A DNA stretch of 63,609 nt, filler included, from Craspedostauros australis (lineage: Eukaryota): NCBI GenBank assembly GCA_030167865.1. It is 11 parts of 11 records of this genome, joined end to end, with 100 filler letters (N's around TTAATTAATTAA, not from the genome) between each part and the next. Parts side by side here need not be neighbours in the genome. Positions count along the whole stretch, not along the records: positions 24,739 to 29,048 come from JALAGF010005037.1; positions 29,149 to 59,447 come from JALAGF010005038.1; 9 more parts are not named here. One strand, 5' to 3'. The stretch's first letter is position 1; every line of letters begins with the position of its first letter. The notes under the pieces are model-generated. The model had not been told where the DNA came from. It did no database searches and saw only the letters and a program-made list of their open reading frames with translations. Positions 25,009 through 38,880 of this stretch are shown one piece after another. A program made the translations under genes and the position numbers.

Positions 25009-25329
25009 CTTTCCGAAGCGGCAAAGGAAATCTTCTTCGTCGTGCAGCTACTCGAAAGTGTGGGCGTCCCAGTGAAGACACCGATCAAGGTCTGTGTGGA
25101 CAACATCGGAGCAATCTTCATCGCCAAGAACCCATCAACATCCCAACGATCGCGGCACATCGACGTGCGCCATCACTACGTGAGNNNNNNNNNNNNNNNN
25201 NNNNNNNNNNNNNNNNNNNNNNNNNNNNNNNNNNNNNNNNNNNNNNNNNNNNNNNNNNNGAACATCAAGGCCGACTTACAACGTGAACATGAGAAGTCGT
25301 ACCTTGACACATCGAGAACATTCGAATGA
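25009..25329 (+). CDS. Copia RNase H C-terminus (partial)
   Basis: LSEAAKEI..VDNIGAIFIAKN..QRSRHIDVRHHYV. Confidence 0.92.
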   Translation, partial: LSEAAKEIFFVVQLLESVGVPVKTPIKVCVDNIGAIFIAKNPSTSQRSRHIDVRHHYVXXXXXXXXXXXXXXXXXXXXXXXXXXNIKADLQREHEKSYLDTSRTFE

Positions 25330-25349
25330 CTGAATGCACACAGGAAGGG

Positions 25350-26152
25350 TGTCGAGATGTATATGTGAGTATATGTCGAGATGTACGTGTATATGTGCAT
25401 CGTTCACCCGTTATTCTCTCATACGTACTTGGACGGTATAACTATACTCGTGTCGATAGTATGCTGTGATTCGTCAGAATTACAGCGGAAATGGAACACA
25501 CGAAAAGGAGCAAGATTTCTGGAAGAAATTTGGAATTGACGATTTCTGAGAGAATTAGAAACATCGTCCGTTCATCCATCAATGGAGACGTATGGTACCA
25601 AGCGAATCTTGAGGTACTTCCCAACTAAACCTCAGATGACGATAACATCTGACAGACCACTGCATCACCAATGGAACGTGACATCTGGAGAGCAGAAGGA
25701 CGCCTACTGACGTCGACAGGATGTCATTGTGTCACCACGTCGACATCTGTCTCCAAGTCAGAAGCAGAAGGTGAAGATCCGATGACCGAAGGGCATCAAG
25801 ATCATGGATACGAGAGGTGAAGTTCAAATGGTAAGTACTCATGGAGTAGGAGCCAGTACTGAATGAACGGAGTGTCGAATGCGGAGTACGCATCGAACAC
25901 GGAGTATCGTGTAGCGCGAGCACACGATGTTGAGAGAGAGAGAGAATACGAAGAGTGGCAAGAGAGCATCTCGCGTACGGACTCATAGTCGGAGACCAAA
26001 TCTACAAAACAGATTGAAGCACCAAGAGCATCGGGCAAGAGAATGGACACCGAGAGGATTGGAGTCTCAACGTAATGAAATAGCAAGCAGAACGACTATG
26101 AACAACACTGTCTTCCACGATTGTAGGCTTCCAATCATGGAACTTGCCAACA
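25350..26152 (+). mobile_element. 3' LTR, family A (803 bp), preceded by polypurine tract AGGAAGGG
   Basis: TG...CA termini (TGTCGAG, CCAACA) 20 bp after the pol stop; boundaries match the other copies. Confidence 0.92.
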
Positions 26153-26951
26153 CATCACATCACTGGTAATTGCAACCATGTTTGTCATGTCCGCATTGCT
26201 GTTCTTGGATGGTCTTGGGTTGGTTGCTCTGATTCATATTCCGTTGCTCTTTCTGATTGTTTCTATCTTTTGGGTGACTCCCAAGTGTCCTTGTCCATCA
26301 GAGCGCACAGAGCACGCCCAATGTGGTGTATGCTGTTCTCCTGGAGAGGGTTCAGTTGCACCCATACTCCTGATCGTGTTCAGGTTCATCCCCAGTGGTG
26401 GGATTCCTGATTCACACTTGTGTTTTCATGTCTATTTGGAACAGGCCACATTGCTCAACATGACTGGTTGTCTTGCAAAGTGGGACATGCTACAAGGCAG
26501 CCCAAGTGTGATCTACACAAGTTGACTTGTTGAGCCTGAATGATATCATTGAAAGGTGTGGTAAAGTTTGATATAATGACACATCTGCATCATTGATTCC
26601 TGACATGCGTGGTCCCGTCATCACACATCGAAGCCGTTGTATTGTGTTGGACAAGCGATGATGTTTTTGGCGAAAATCCTGATTCCGCCGCGACTGAAGA
26701 AGATGGCGCCAAACAAAACAGAACGAAAAGATCGTGAAATCGACGAATCCACAAATCCAAACAAAGAGCGAACACAACAAACGAGAGCAACCAAGAAAGC
26801 ACGCATGTGTTGTGGTTTGCACACACAGCGACCACAATAGATGCACCAGCACAACCGACTGACTTCACTCCACCATCGCAAGAGTGCATCGATCTATCAT
26901 TCCATTGACCGATCCATCCTTCGATCCAACCCCACTGCACATCTGACAATC

Positions 26952-28700
26952 ATGGACCCTCACGATGGGTGGGAAGGTACGCACAACGAGAGAGATGGCG
27001 ATCATGGTGTCATTATCGCACGATCGCGTGTATCTTTGGCGCCAAAACAGCAACTGCCTGATTGCACGAGCAGAAGTGCGAGCATCCCCATGGCGTCGCA
27101 TGCCTGGCAAGATGAGAGCGTGCGCTCCCATTGCAACGCGGTCAGCCAGTCGCAATCGCTTGCCGACGTGGCTGAGCACGGTGGCGGGCTCCAGGGACAC
27201 GAGTATGCACACTCTGGCGGTGCACGGCTGCGTTCGTTCCAAGTCTCTGCGTTGCATCCGCAGTCGCGAGGCTTCTCCTCCTTCGTCGTTCCACAGCGGT
27301 CGGCGACGGCAGCTGGCTTCGAAACCTGGCATCCTGAGCAGCCGCAAGACCGCAGCCAGCACCATGGAGACCGCGAAGATGATGATTTCGAGTGCAGTTC
27401 CGCGATGCCGCATGGAAGCCATCATGCATCGACGCCGGGATTGTTGACGCGGTCGCAGGTGGCTTCATGCTGCGCAAGCTCTACAACGCACTGCAACCAT
27501 GACGACCTCATTCTCCGAGTTTCGCCGCAGGAAGTGATCCGTCGCATTGAGCAGCAGATCTTGCAGCCAGTGTTACAGGATTGGTTGGATCATGACCGCT
27601 GTCCCGTCGTCGCCAACAGGCACTTTGCGCATGTCACGCAATGCCGCAGTCTCACTTCCATTCTTCTCGTGGCGACCTACTGTCATGAGCTATTGCAACA
27701 GAATCGTGATATTGCCGACTCTCATCGTCCAACCACGCTCAATGCACAGGCAACAGCAGCAGCAACAGCAGCAACAACAACAACAACATTGACGTCACAA
27801 CCAACTGCACGATCTAAGACGACCACCACACGAGAACTGTACTATCACTACATCACGCACTTCCGCAATCAGCAGGAGTGCGACACCGCCATTTGGGAAT
27901 TGGCATCGCACCTGCAGGTCCCCCGATACGCGCTGGGTTTGCACGCGTCGCCCAAAGGCTGGATGTGCGGTTGCTTCGATCTCTACGACGCCGAGACGCA
28001 CCGCCTCGTCATTGACGGACGCTCCTTCCACACGGCGCACGGCGTGCCCATCACGACGGACATCATCGATGCAAGCGCGCGGTCGATCCTCACGTCGCGC
28101 GACGCCCAATTCCTTTTGGTGGTGGAAAAGGAGGGCATCTACACGAGGTTGTGCCAGGACGGTTTCTTCCGCGACATGCCCTGCATCTTGATCACGGGCA
28201 AAGGATTTCCGGATTTGGCGACGCGTCAACTCGTGCAGATCCTGCATTGCAAGCTCAAGCTGCCCGTCTACGGGCTCTGTGATTGCAATCCCTTCGGCGT
28301 GTCGTTGTTGCAGTCGTACCAGTACTCATCCGGCATGTCGTCGTCCATGACGGCGCGTCAAGGCTCGCGCAATTCCAAGCACCACGCGGCTGTGACGGCC
28401 AATCTCCGGATGGAATGGATCGGGCTGCTGCCCTCGTCCATACCGCAGTTGGAACTGCCGCGCCATGTGCACCAGCCCATGACGAAGCTGGATCAGCGGC
28501 GGCTGCAAACCATCCGGCAGCAACGACGCGGCAACAGCGAAGTATTGAGATGTGGACCCGTCTCCTTCGAGGCAGAATTGGACGCCATGACGACCAAGGT
28601 GGAGCTCGAGGCCTTGCATTGGAAGGGGATGGACTTTTTGGCACGATGGGTCGGGCAGCAGATCCGTTCGCGGCAAACGATGCGGGGAGAGCAGTGCTAG
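26952..28700 (+). CDS. SPO11-2: Meiotic topoisomerase VIA-like protein SPO11-2 (start codon uncertain; upstream in-frame ATG at 26841)
   Basis: Catalytic RELYY, LGLHASPKG, Toprim LVVEKEGIY, ITGKGFPDLATR, DCNPFG (DxN form typical of SPO11-2), KVELEAL. Confidence 0.92.
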   Translation: MDPHDGWEGTHNERDGDHGVIIARSRVSLAPKQQLPDCTSRSASIPMASHAWQDESVRSHCNAVSQSQSLADVAEHGGGLQGHEYAHSGGARLRSFQVSALHPQSRGFSSFVVPQRSATAAGFETWHPEQPQDRSQHHGDREDDDFECSSAMPHGSHHASTPGLLTRSQVASCCASSTTHCNHDDLILRVSPQEVIRRIEQQILQPVLQDWLDHDRCPVVANRHFAHVTQCRSLTSILLVATYCHELLQQNRDIADSHRPTTLNAQATAAATAATTTTTLTSQPTARSKTTTTRELYYHYITHFRNQQECDTAIWELASHLQVPRYALGLHASPKGWMCGCFDLYDAETHRLVIDGRSFHTAHGVPITTDIIDASARSILTSRDAQFLLVVEKEGIYTRLCQDGFFRDMPCILITGKGFPDLATRQLVQILHCKLKLPVYGLCDCNPFGVSLLQSYQYSSGMSSSMTARQGSRNSKHHAAVTANLRMEWIGLLPSSIPQLELPRHVHQPMTKLDQRRLQTIRQQRRGNSEVLRCGPVSFEAELDAMTTKVELEALHWKGMDFLARWVGQQIRSRQTMRGEQC

Positions 28701-31700
28701 CGTGGTCGTGCGCAGTCAATGGTCGATTGTTTTCGTTCGACGGTGCGGAAGGCCGTCAGCGACATCAGCAACGTCGGCAGCTATGGAGGTATAGAGAACA
28801 GGCATCATTGAGATTTGCGGCTCACAATCTCGCTGCTGTGCCACTGTTCGACATAAAACAGTGCGGTGTTTGGTCAATGCACATTCTGCGAGTACATGCT
28901 GTGATTGTTTCATGGACGCACAATACTTTCAGCCACCGCAACTGCCGATACTTGGGGCTCTTGCTTCCGATGATCTTCTTCTCTGGATGTTGTTGACCAT
29001 GCTGTGTTGATCCACCGCATGTTGGGTTGCTCGTGTTCTGTGCGAGCCNNNNNNNNNNNNNNNNNNNNNNNNNNNNNNNNNNNNNNNNNNNNTTAATTAA
29101 TTAANNNNNNNNNNNNNNNNNNNNNNNNNNNNNNNNNNNNNNNNNNNNATGCTCTTCCGAAACGAACACGAACATCGGATGTCGCACCACTTCTTTTTCT
29201 CCGCATAGCGCATGCGATTATTCTGTCGTGGGAAAGCAGCGCAGCCATGACGTTGAGAAGAACAACGCCGCAATTGCAACAAGCATGCTGTCCTCCTCTT
29301 TCCAGGATAAGTACTATGCACATGGCATTGTTCTTTTTCCGCCACGTCTGNNNNNNNNNNNNNNNNNNNNNNNNNNNNNNNNNNNNNNNNNNNNNNNNNN
29401 GTCCTCCTCTTTCCAGGATAAGTACTATGCACATGGCATTGTTCTTTTTCCGCCACGTCTGTGACGATGGTCTTCTGGGGACGAAATGCACAACTCTGTC
29501 TGTGCGGCACTGGAGAAGAGCATATTTGTGCTTCACCAAATACTCGGACAGTGTTGGGGACTCTGCGTGACATGGAGAACTTGGAAGCGTTCTGTCCCAG
29601 CGGCAATCAAACAGCACATTTCTCCGCGTCGCCTCTTCTGTGACGCTCCCCCGCACGCCAACTTGAGTGCGCAGTGCAATTTTCGTGTGCGGCGATGTGG
29701 TGATGGCAACCCGAAAACGATACGCGGCACACTGAAACTTGTGCTGGCGCTCTTCACGTTCTCGCTTGTATCAAAACACGGGCGCTGGACAACGCTACTT
29801 TGTTCCACTCCAGCATAACCTGTATCTCTCCACCTTTGTGAACACGTGGAAACCAACCACAGGTCTTGCTTGCCACTCATGCTTGTGCCGGTGGTCGCAT
29901 TCTATCGGCATTTCTTCGCATCATCTCCTTTGCGAGTACCGTTGTGTTGTTTCATTCAGTGCGCGGATCAGGCAACCAGTGGTATCAGTCATGAGTGCAA
30001 ATAGGCTGTTCCGCCATCGTCGAACCATGACTGTTCTGTTCTACGCATGATGCACTTGACCACACCGACTTGCTCTGCTTGCAGTCATCCATCACCACCG
30101 AGCGCAATCTGCGTATCGCGCAACAACTTGAATATTACGATTACATGCCCTGTGATGGGCTCAATAGCATTGTTTGCTCATGAGTGTGAAGGAACGCTGG
30201 GCGATACTGCACACGTGCCAAATAGCCACCGCATCATCATTGCCAATTAGTAGATGATCCACAGTGCGAGAGCGAAACGCGCAAGGAGGAGTGATCGTAG
30301 TGGTATGCAGAGCACGGGGGATGCGGTCGTCCACGGAAAAGCGTGGCATCAGCAACAGAAGCCAAAGGATTGCCAACCCAAATCAACCACGGCATCGGTG
30401 ACGATGACAGCAATTGCAGCGACAGCGGGACTTCAAACCACCATCACGAAGCAGCCACGACATTGGCAACAGCAACAGTAGATATAACACAATAGTGACG
30501 ACTTCAAATCACACGAGTTATCGCTACCATCTCAATAGTTGTAGCAGCATTTGTAGCAGTTGCTGGTGCTGCGATGCAGACAGGATCCAAATACAGGAGG
30601 GAGGTAACAACCGTGATGAGGACTTGCACTGAAGTGATCATTGCTGAAAGGTCAGATCAGATGAGAGGGATGCCAACACAAACGAAGAAGCCTCCGCGAA
30701 GACCCATGGTGGAAGTGGCGAACTATCGAAGCGACAAGTCGACAAAACGATCTGTTGCCTTTCGCCAGAAGCGGTGAGGAGGCAAAGTTCACGTCAGACA
30801 ACGAGAGCAATCCGATTTGCGAAGAAACGTGCACGGGCGGAGCGACTAGGTGAGAATAATCCAAAAACGCTCTTCGGAAATATGACTGAAACGCAAGCGA
30901 CTCGGCCGGCGGCTGCCCAGACAAGTTGGTTGTCGACGTCATTGTTGGAACAACGAAGGCAACACGACTTGGACGTGTCTCGGAAATAGCGACACACAAA
31001 GCTGATGGTATCATTGTACAACACATGGAGTAGTCGACATGGTACATGTGAAGTTCTTACAAAGCGCTACGCATCATACCTGACAAATGCAATGGGACTC
31101 GTTTTTTAGTCCTGGGAAATGTGCGGCATAAAATTGCGCTAAATGAGTGCATTTTCCCAGCCGCTGTCAATATGTCAGCATTTTCCCCTGCTCCCTGGCG
31201 AGTGAGCCAAGGATCTGTTTGTCGCATATCCCATCCTATCTTTGGCGCTTGTAATGGGCAAGGACACGGGGATGCGTCCTTTGGAATCCTCTTGTTTTGA
31301 TCCCGGTTCGTCGATCCAATAAATCTGCCATGAATCTGTTGGAAAGCTTCACGCGATGCTCGTCAAGTTATCGCGTCGACGTTTGGAAGCGTTTCCTCCA
31401 CAACCATACTGTACAAACGTCGTGTGTTGGTTCCGCCTCCGATTCGACAGCTTGGTGGATCTGTGTCGTACCATGCGCCGAGGTGTCAACGTAAATGGAG
31501 TACGAATCGCAGAGTTTGCAAGTAGGTGCGAGTACAAGTGGTACCTGTCGATCTTTTTTGGTGCATCGCGTTGTGTTGCACTTGTACTGTATTGTGTTGC
31601 GTTGTGCGTTGCCGTACTCGATATTTGTGCATTGCAACGAATTGAATTGCACCAGAATTGCGTGTAGATCGCGCCTCGCTTGTGTCGAATCGAGCTCTGT

Positions 31701-31851
31701 CTCGCACTCCGTCTATCATCTCAACGTGACAAGTCCAAAACGCATCACCGCCCATACTCTTCCTCTCATAAATTGCAATCACAAGCAAAGGACAACAGCA
31801 ATCGCAACACCGCACGTCCCCTTATACTTCCGCAAACGACAAGCACCAACC

Positions 31852-33905
31852 ATGGGTCGATTCATCAAAGACGTCATACAGCCTCTCACCGATGCCCAGA
31901 AGGCCCAGTTCGAACAAGGACGAGGTAAGTAGCAGAGTGAAGTGCAGCACGGCACTTTGATACAAACACTTCCATGCTACGAGTGTAGCAGGCAAGGAAT
32001 ACTGTGCCCACAGCTCATTCTTGCACGTGCTTTATGCATGGTGCGTGAGCACAACCACATCAGCGATTTTCTACCTTCGAATACTCTAAACGAGACTTTC
32101 CAGGTTGTGGAGCGGTGTGATGTTCTCTCGATTTCGTGTTTTCTCACAGACGCGTTGTCCTTTTGTTCCCCAACTCTTGCCAACCCATGTTCAATTCACG
32201 CCAATGGCGTGCACACCCACGACATCTGCGATCACACGATGTGCGGCTTCACCGAAATCGCACACCCTGACTCTTCACAGCCGCTGTCGCTCGCAAGGAT
32301 ATCCGCATGATCTCCGGATGCTCTGACAGCCAACTCTCGGCTGTCGCACCCGATGTGCGGCCCTTCCATATCCCCAACCCATTCAGACTCCAGTCTGGCG
32401 CCTGCACCTCCGCCCTTCTCAACGTCTTGTACAACGACAACAAGAGAGGCGCCGCCAATCTCTCCTACACCCAAGTCCTCACCCACATGCGTGACTGCCT
32501 CAAGTCCTTGAAGTTTACTCAGACCCCCCAGCTCACCTCGTTCAACCCAATCGACGTCAACGCCAAGTTCGAACTCGTTCATGGCACTGCCGGCGGAACC
32601 CGCCGTGCAGTATTGATTGGCATCAACTATGTCGGAGTGCAGGGCAACCAGCTCACTGGATGTCATGGCGATGCGATCAACATGGTACGTGATCTCGTGT
32701 TGTTGACTTTGGCGCCAGGTGCACCGCAGCTGCTGTATTCGGTTGTTGATGATGCAGATAAGTGGCCAGCTCTTCTGCCTTTGATGTGCTTTGTTACTCC
32801 ACTTTCCAACGAGCTGCCTCTTGCCATGCTCACACAATGCTCACTTTCACCCCCAATTCCTTTGCTTCCAATCATGGCATGCATGGCATGGCCGATAACC
32901 TCCATCGCTCCATCACCACAATGGTCCCATGCATGTGTCCGTATACCAATCATGGCACAGAAAAAGTACCTCATGGAGGTCGAAGGCTTCAAATTGGAGA
33001 ACATCGTCATGTTGATGGATGATGGCGTCCACACCAGGCCAACCCGCGCGAACATTATCAACGCGTACAAGAAGGTCGTTGCTGACTCCAAAGCGGGAGA
33101 TTCGGTCTTCTTGCTCTACTCTGGTAAGCATCCACTCTCTGAGCGCTCTCTGTGGCTGTCCTTGCTGTTCATCCTTCTGCGAGAGCAGTCGAGCACTCCC
33201 GCATCGCACCACATTACGCCATGCCAAGCCAACAGCATCGGCAGCAGAAGAGTACCTCCATCAATGCTCGTAGTCTCACACTCTCTGCTTGTTTTTGTCG
33301 CACTGCGCTGCACTACACTGCACCGACTCTTGACCCACCTTCGTTGCACATCACAAAGGTCACGGGAGTAGCCTCCCCGATGATGACCAGAACGAGGAAT
33401 CGGACAAGACTGACGAGGTCCTGTGCCCAGTTGACATGTTCCAAGCGGGTATGCTCCGTGATGATGTCTTGTATGACATCATCGTGAAGGGTCTGGCAGA
33501 AGGTGTCCACCTTGTATCTGTGGTAAGTGTGCCGGAGATGGAAACGTACTGAGTTCATGGTGTGGTGATCATCGCATCCAAAGCAAAAGCATGACCTCTG
33601 CTGTATGTCCATGGATTTGCTTTGCATACCTCATTCCATTTGAACCTTCGCTAACGCGCTCTCCAAACCCTCTTGCGGCCGTGTTGCACGTGATCGAAAT
33701 TGCTGTGTTCGCCCACGCCAACTCCTCGCCATGGCGCCCTTGGCCGTCCAATCAACAGATGGATTCTTGCCGCTCCGGAACCGTCTTGGACTTGCCGTAC
33801 ATCTTCAAGGGTGATGGCAACCAACGCGCCATGGCACTCGACGAGAACATGGACGTGAGGGGTCTCCTCGACGCCATTGGCGCGGATTCCAGCGTGCTTG
33901 AATAG
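31852..33905 (+). CDS. MCA: Type III metacaspase, 316 aa; exons 31852-31924, 32281-32684, 32961-33123, 33359-33522, 33759-33905
   Basis: Four GT-AG introns splice in frame; p10 motifs (RMISGC, GACTSALL, QTPQLTS) precede p20 (RAVLIGINY, YSGHG, DSCRSG), the type III arrangement. Confidence 0.92.
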
Positions 33906-34553
33906 GCATGCCCTATTTGCACAGGCATGTCGCAATGGCAATTATTGGTGCCGTCGCTGATAATGCCAGTGACCATGTCGCTGGGTCATCATTGCCTCTC
34001 CCACGGACGGCGATGAAATGATCGACACGTGCATGCCGCACAGGCGACGAGGCATGGGAACTGGCGTTGGGCATTTGTATTGGTATGGGCATTGGCATTG
34101 AGAGGATGCGTACAAATGGGATGCATGGGCAGCCAGGATAGTCACATGGATTTCTCAGGAATGATCGAACTCCAATGCCATTGCGCATTGAGCGTAGTGC
34201 AGTAGAATGTTCCAGAGAGTAATTCCACATCGTAGCTTCTGTTTACTCCTATCTGTTCATCGCCTCTGTCATCTGCATAGACCGTTCATGAGACGAGACG
34301 AGGAGGTACGCAATGGACGGCATGGGGGGATGGGCACAACTCCATCCAACATATGCAGTCTTTCGCTTTGATGCGGTTTCCGCAGTTCTGATCGGTGAAG
34401 ACATGGGCGCGGATGTGGAGGAAGCCAACGCTGAACATGGAGCATTCGCATGCTGGAGAGTGTTAGGAATTGAGGGTACAACTTTGTCGGAATATCCGTG
34501 ATTGCCGCACCTCCCAACATTGTTCGTCACAGCTTTGAATATTATTCGTCACA

Positions 34554-35206
34554 TGTTCGGAGACTATTTGTCACACCTTTGTATACCATGTCATTATGAC
34601 TATGACTAAGGATACGGACACAATTGATACCTGTATAACCGCAAGAAGGGGAGCCTGTCCTCCAGTAACGCAAGGACAACACCTATGACGGATTAGGAGG
34701 TCCCGATACCGCGCCAACCATGGCAACCATCCAGATGACGACGTCGATCAGAACAGCAAGTCCATGGGCAAGTGACGCACCTTCTTCAGAGGACAGCACG
34801 CGCCCCTCCTGCGGACAAGAACATCCGCAGGATTGGAACATCAGAAAGGATCAGAACATCCGCAGGTTTGGAACATCACCAAAGGTGACATCGACCATGA
34901 GACGATGGTGTCATGGGATCAACGATGGAAACATGAGACAGGCAAGTGCTCAGGACTGCAGATCCCTACCATGCAAGCATAGACACCTACGACAATGCAG
35001 AGACAAGGAAGCAAGAACAGAGCATGATGAACGAAGGGGGAAGCACCTAAGAGACAACAGGACGCCCCGTGTCGCTACCGCAACAGATGCCTGCCAAGAA
35101 AACGAAATCGGAAGAGAAAGTGAGATTGTGCTCACAGTTCTAAAACGGTACAGTTTCTAACAGCAGATTAGATCACAGTACTAACTATAACCCCGGATTT
35201 CCAACA
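34554..35206 (+). mobile_element. Probable solo LTR of another family
   Basis: TGTTCGG...TTTCCAACA termini, non-coding, A-rich, short internal duplication GGAACATC..GAACATCCGCAGG; no TSD seen. Confidence 0.45.
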
Positions 35207-38200
35207 GGAGAGTGCTGCAACATGAATGTCTTCATGGTATGTTGGATCGAGCAGTTTGCATCCTCTTCTCAACCACTGCAGTTTGCGTGTGTGGTGCTGT
35301 TGTGGCAACTGTTTTGGTTTCAGTTACGATCGCAATCGTCATTGTTTTGCATTTGATGAAGGCATGGGGGAATGCGATTGTGCTTGCAATCGCAAGCGCA
35401 ACTTATCGCATGCGTCGGACATCGTGTGCGTCGAACACGATGCCACAGCACGAACACGGAATGGCGAAGGTGCCATGGTTGCATGAATCACATGTGCATG
35501 GCTCCTGCTTCTGCCCAAGGGGTACAACGGATGTGGTGCCACTATGTCTTGTCAGTTATTATCGATGGAGTGGTCTTGAAACTGAGGCAACGCATGTGGG
35601 ATACTGCAGTGGTAGCAAAAGATGCATCAGAGCTGTCGCAGAATGGCCATGTGCTCGACAGTGTCGGGCCGCCTCTCCCAGCAGACCTGTGATGATCGGA
35701 GACGATACACGGTGTGTTGTGTTTTGTGTGTGATGATGATGTTGTTATTGTGATTATCTCCGACTTTTCAGAGGCTGCGAACATGAAAGTGTGCTGCTGC
35801 ACTGTCTGGCATGGGACCGAATACCAACACCCCACGCTGGCGTAGCCAGCAGTAGAGCTAGAAATCTGAGCTGTGGTGGCTGTGTACATACAACGGAACA
35901 AGACGGCCCATCATGATAAAACATTGAATAGTAGTAAACATGGGAACTTACTGAACTTCGAAGGGTGATCAATTGGTTGATGAGCAGTGTCAATAGGACT
36001 GAGTGTGTGAATCAATGTTGTTCACTAATATGATGAGATATTGCATTGATGAGATGAGGAGTTGCGGTCTTAGCTCCTGCTAGTGTCTTGCTCTGCTCTA
36101 GGAGAAAAGTGGGCGCGAGGTGCGCGCTTTGCGTACGCTGGTCAGGTGATTCACGTGCGGGACTAGAATCAATAAGCAGTAGGTGACTGAGGTATGTGTG
36201 TGTGTGTGCCACAGCGACAGCGAATATCAGATAATCCCAAAAGCAAACTGTACAGTACAACGCGGATGTGTTGTGGTTGTTGTGAATTGGTGGTTTCTGT
36301 GAGTGCTGTTCCTGTTGCCTGTCAGTGACAGCAATCACCAAACCCAGGAGTAGGTTTCGATGTCTCTTCATCAGTGGCGGTTGTGAGCCAAAGATGGCAA
36401 GCCAAAAAGATACAGGCAGTGCGAGTGCTGCAGGCGCGAGTGCAAGGGCACGAAAGCAGCGATGGAGCATGATCAAGGGGCCTTGATACACACAAAACAG
36501 AGATGAAAGCAGCGATGATGGTACTGTTTTGCATGGTGGTGTGGCATGAAATCGTGATGAGCGCCATCACAGAGACGTCGATGACAACAAGTCCGAACGA
36601 AACGAGCATCATCCAGTGTGCAACACACAGCATTCACTAATTTGATGCATACAAAAGTGTTGGACGAACGCAACTCTAGACTTCGGAGTTATTCAGATCC
36701 TTCTTTTGAATGCTGTCTTCACTTCATTGCGTAGTTGACATGCTGCAAACGATGACTTGCTGTTGGCATACCAGTGAAGGAACAAGCTGACACGGACACA
36801 GACAGACGTGGCAAACAGCAAACAGCAACGACAGAAGAACACAAAACAACCAACAGGCAACAAGAGGATGGAGCAACAAACAACAGACAGAGGTCATAAA
36901 AACAAGAATTAAGTTATTGAACGCAACTACCACATTCGTTCCTCCATCCTCCATCACATTGGTGTCTTCGTTGGACCCTGACGAGGTGCTGTCGAGGTGT
37001 GAGAACAACACTTGCTGCGTTGCCTTGGCATAGACTACATCATTTGTTCGACATGGGACTGACGAGCAGAAAGCAAACACAAACGGGATTGTGGTGGAAC
37101 AGTGATTTAACTCGTGCTTCTTATAAATGTGGTTTACGCACGTTCACCTCAACTCTCATAAGATTGGATTTCGAGAAGAGAGAACTTCCTCATCTGTTGC
37201 ACTTGCCAATCTCCCTTCGAGGCGCCCGCATGAGCATTCGTATCCCGCGCTCGCGCATCATGAGCGGCGATTGCAGCCGGAGACAGAAGCAGAAGTTTGT
37301 CTCTCCACATGAGATGCCAGGAGGGGTTCGTGCCGACAATCTTGGAGCTTCTGTTCTGACTTCTCTTTCAGCCTTCGTGTTAACAGGGCATGCGTCAAAG
37401 TGTTTCGTGCTGCCTCTCTCCCCCAGTGCCGGACGATACACGGACTTCTTCTTGCTTCCACCAGTCTTTTTCAGATCGTGATGCCATCGGAGACGTGTGG
37501 GGACTGGTCCTTGTTTCGCTCGGCTTCACCTTGACACCGCAGATTGTGGCGGTCCCAGTCCCCTTCTCTCCTTCCCTTGTTCGGCTGCCGCTCTTGCAGC
37601 GCCTGACAATTGCCATCCAATTACGTCACAACCAGTTACTCTTACTCGCGTATTGTTGCACGTGGGCAACCTGTATCCGTCGTGGTGGTGTCATGGTGTC
37701 GTCATCGTCGTCACTGATGATACGGACATCGCTGAATAGTTGTTGTCAGCCAGTCGTTGTTCGCTTCCCTGTTGGGACATCACCGTCAGTGTCGTGTTGA
37801 CGTCGCGATTCTCGGTGTCGGTCTTCGCGTGTTGGTGGGAGTTGCACTTCCCATTCCTCGTTGTTGCTATTGTTGTTGTTGTTCCTGTTGATGCTCTTGT
37901 TGGGCCGTTGTCGTCTTGGCTGTGGCAGTTACCATCATCGTTTCTTGATGTGATCTGAGAGGTCCGATTTATCGCAAACGTGTTCGTGTCATTGACGTCC
38001 ACTTCACCATGGGACAAGATCGCCTCACGCGCGACTGCTATGAGGTGAATAGAGGGAGTCTTGGAGATTCGTTGCTTTCGAACTAACGCCGTGTTAACGC
38101 CATGTCATCATCCAACGCGCACGTTGACCGTACAGCGGTCATTCGACGAGAGCCAGGTGTTCTTGGTGGGTGCGCGGAATGCTTCGTTGCGTGGTCTTGG

Positions 38201-38880
38201 TTGATGGGGAAGGGAGAAACCGTGTTCTTTGGCGACATCGTTTGGTTCTGTTCGCTTTGTGCGTTTGTGGGATCGGCAGGCGCGAGGTCCGGAAGTCCAA
38301 TAAATCCATGGGGTGTCAGGCTCAGGTGGAGGCATTCGCTGACCATTTGGGAAGGCTGTTGCTCCCTGGGTAAGAAAGTCGCTTTTCCAACCCGTCACAA
38401 GCGCCGCATCAACTTCTCCCTTTCGTATCCCTCTCCCCAGCGTAAACTATACGAGTGTGACAGGCTAAATCTTTTCGTGAGGTAGTGGGATGAATGTGGC
38501 AACCGCCAACCGAGGCACACACATTCGGGAGATACCTGTAACCAAGCACAACGAATCACCACCACAAAATACAAACGGTGGAGAACACAGCGGCCACAAA
38601 AACGGAGCCAAACTCAAAACCGACAAAATCAAACCCAACAAACAAGGAGTAAAGATCAACAGTGATTGTGCGTGCGAATACTCGTTGACCGACCGCGCAC
38701 GACACACAGTGTGACTCCCATCAGACCACTCCTCGATGTGTTGCCTGGTCACAAAACACAAAACACAAAATACGAGCAAGAAAGTCCACAAGCAATCAAG
38801 CAATCAAGCAATCAAGCAAACACTCAGACCCACCCCACTACACAACCGCAACCACATTCACATTCACACTCACAACCAAC

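Noticed and set aside
29149..31800. Many short ORFs, also in 35200-38800 and 39800-42100
   Set aside because: No recognisable motifs or consistent splice model; left unannotated.
32307..33371. 354-aa ORF as a single-exon protein
   Set aside because: Read-through of metacaspase introns; the spliced model restores all motifs.
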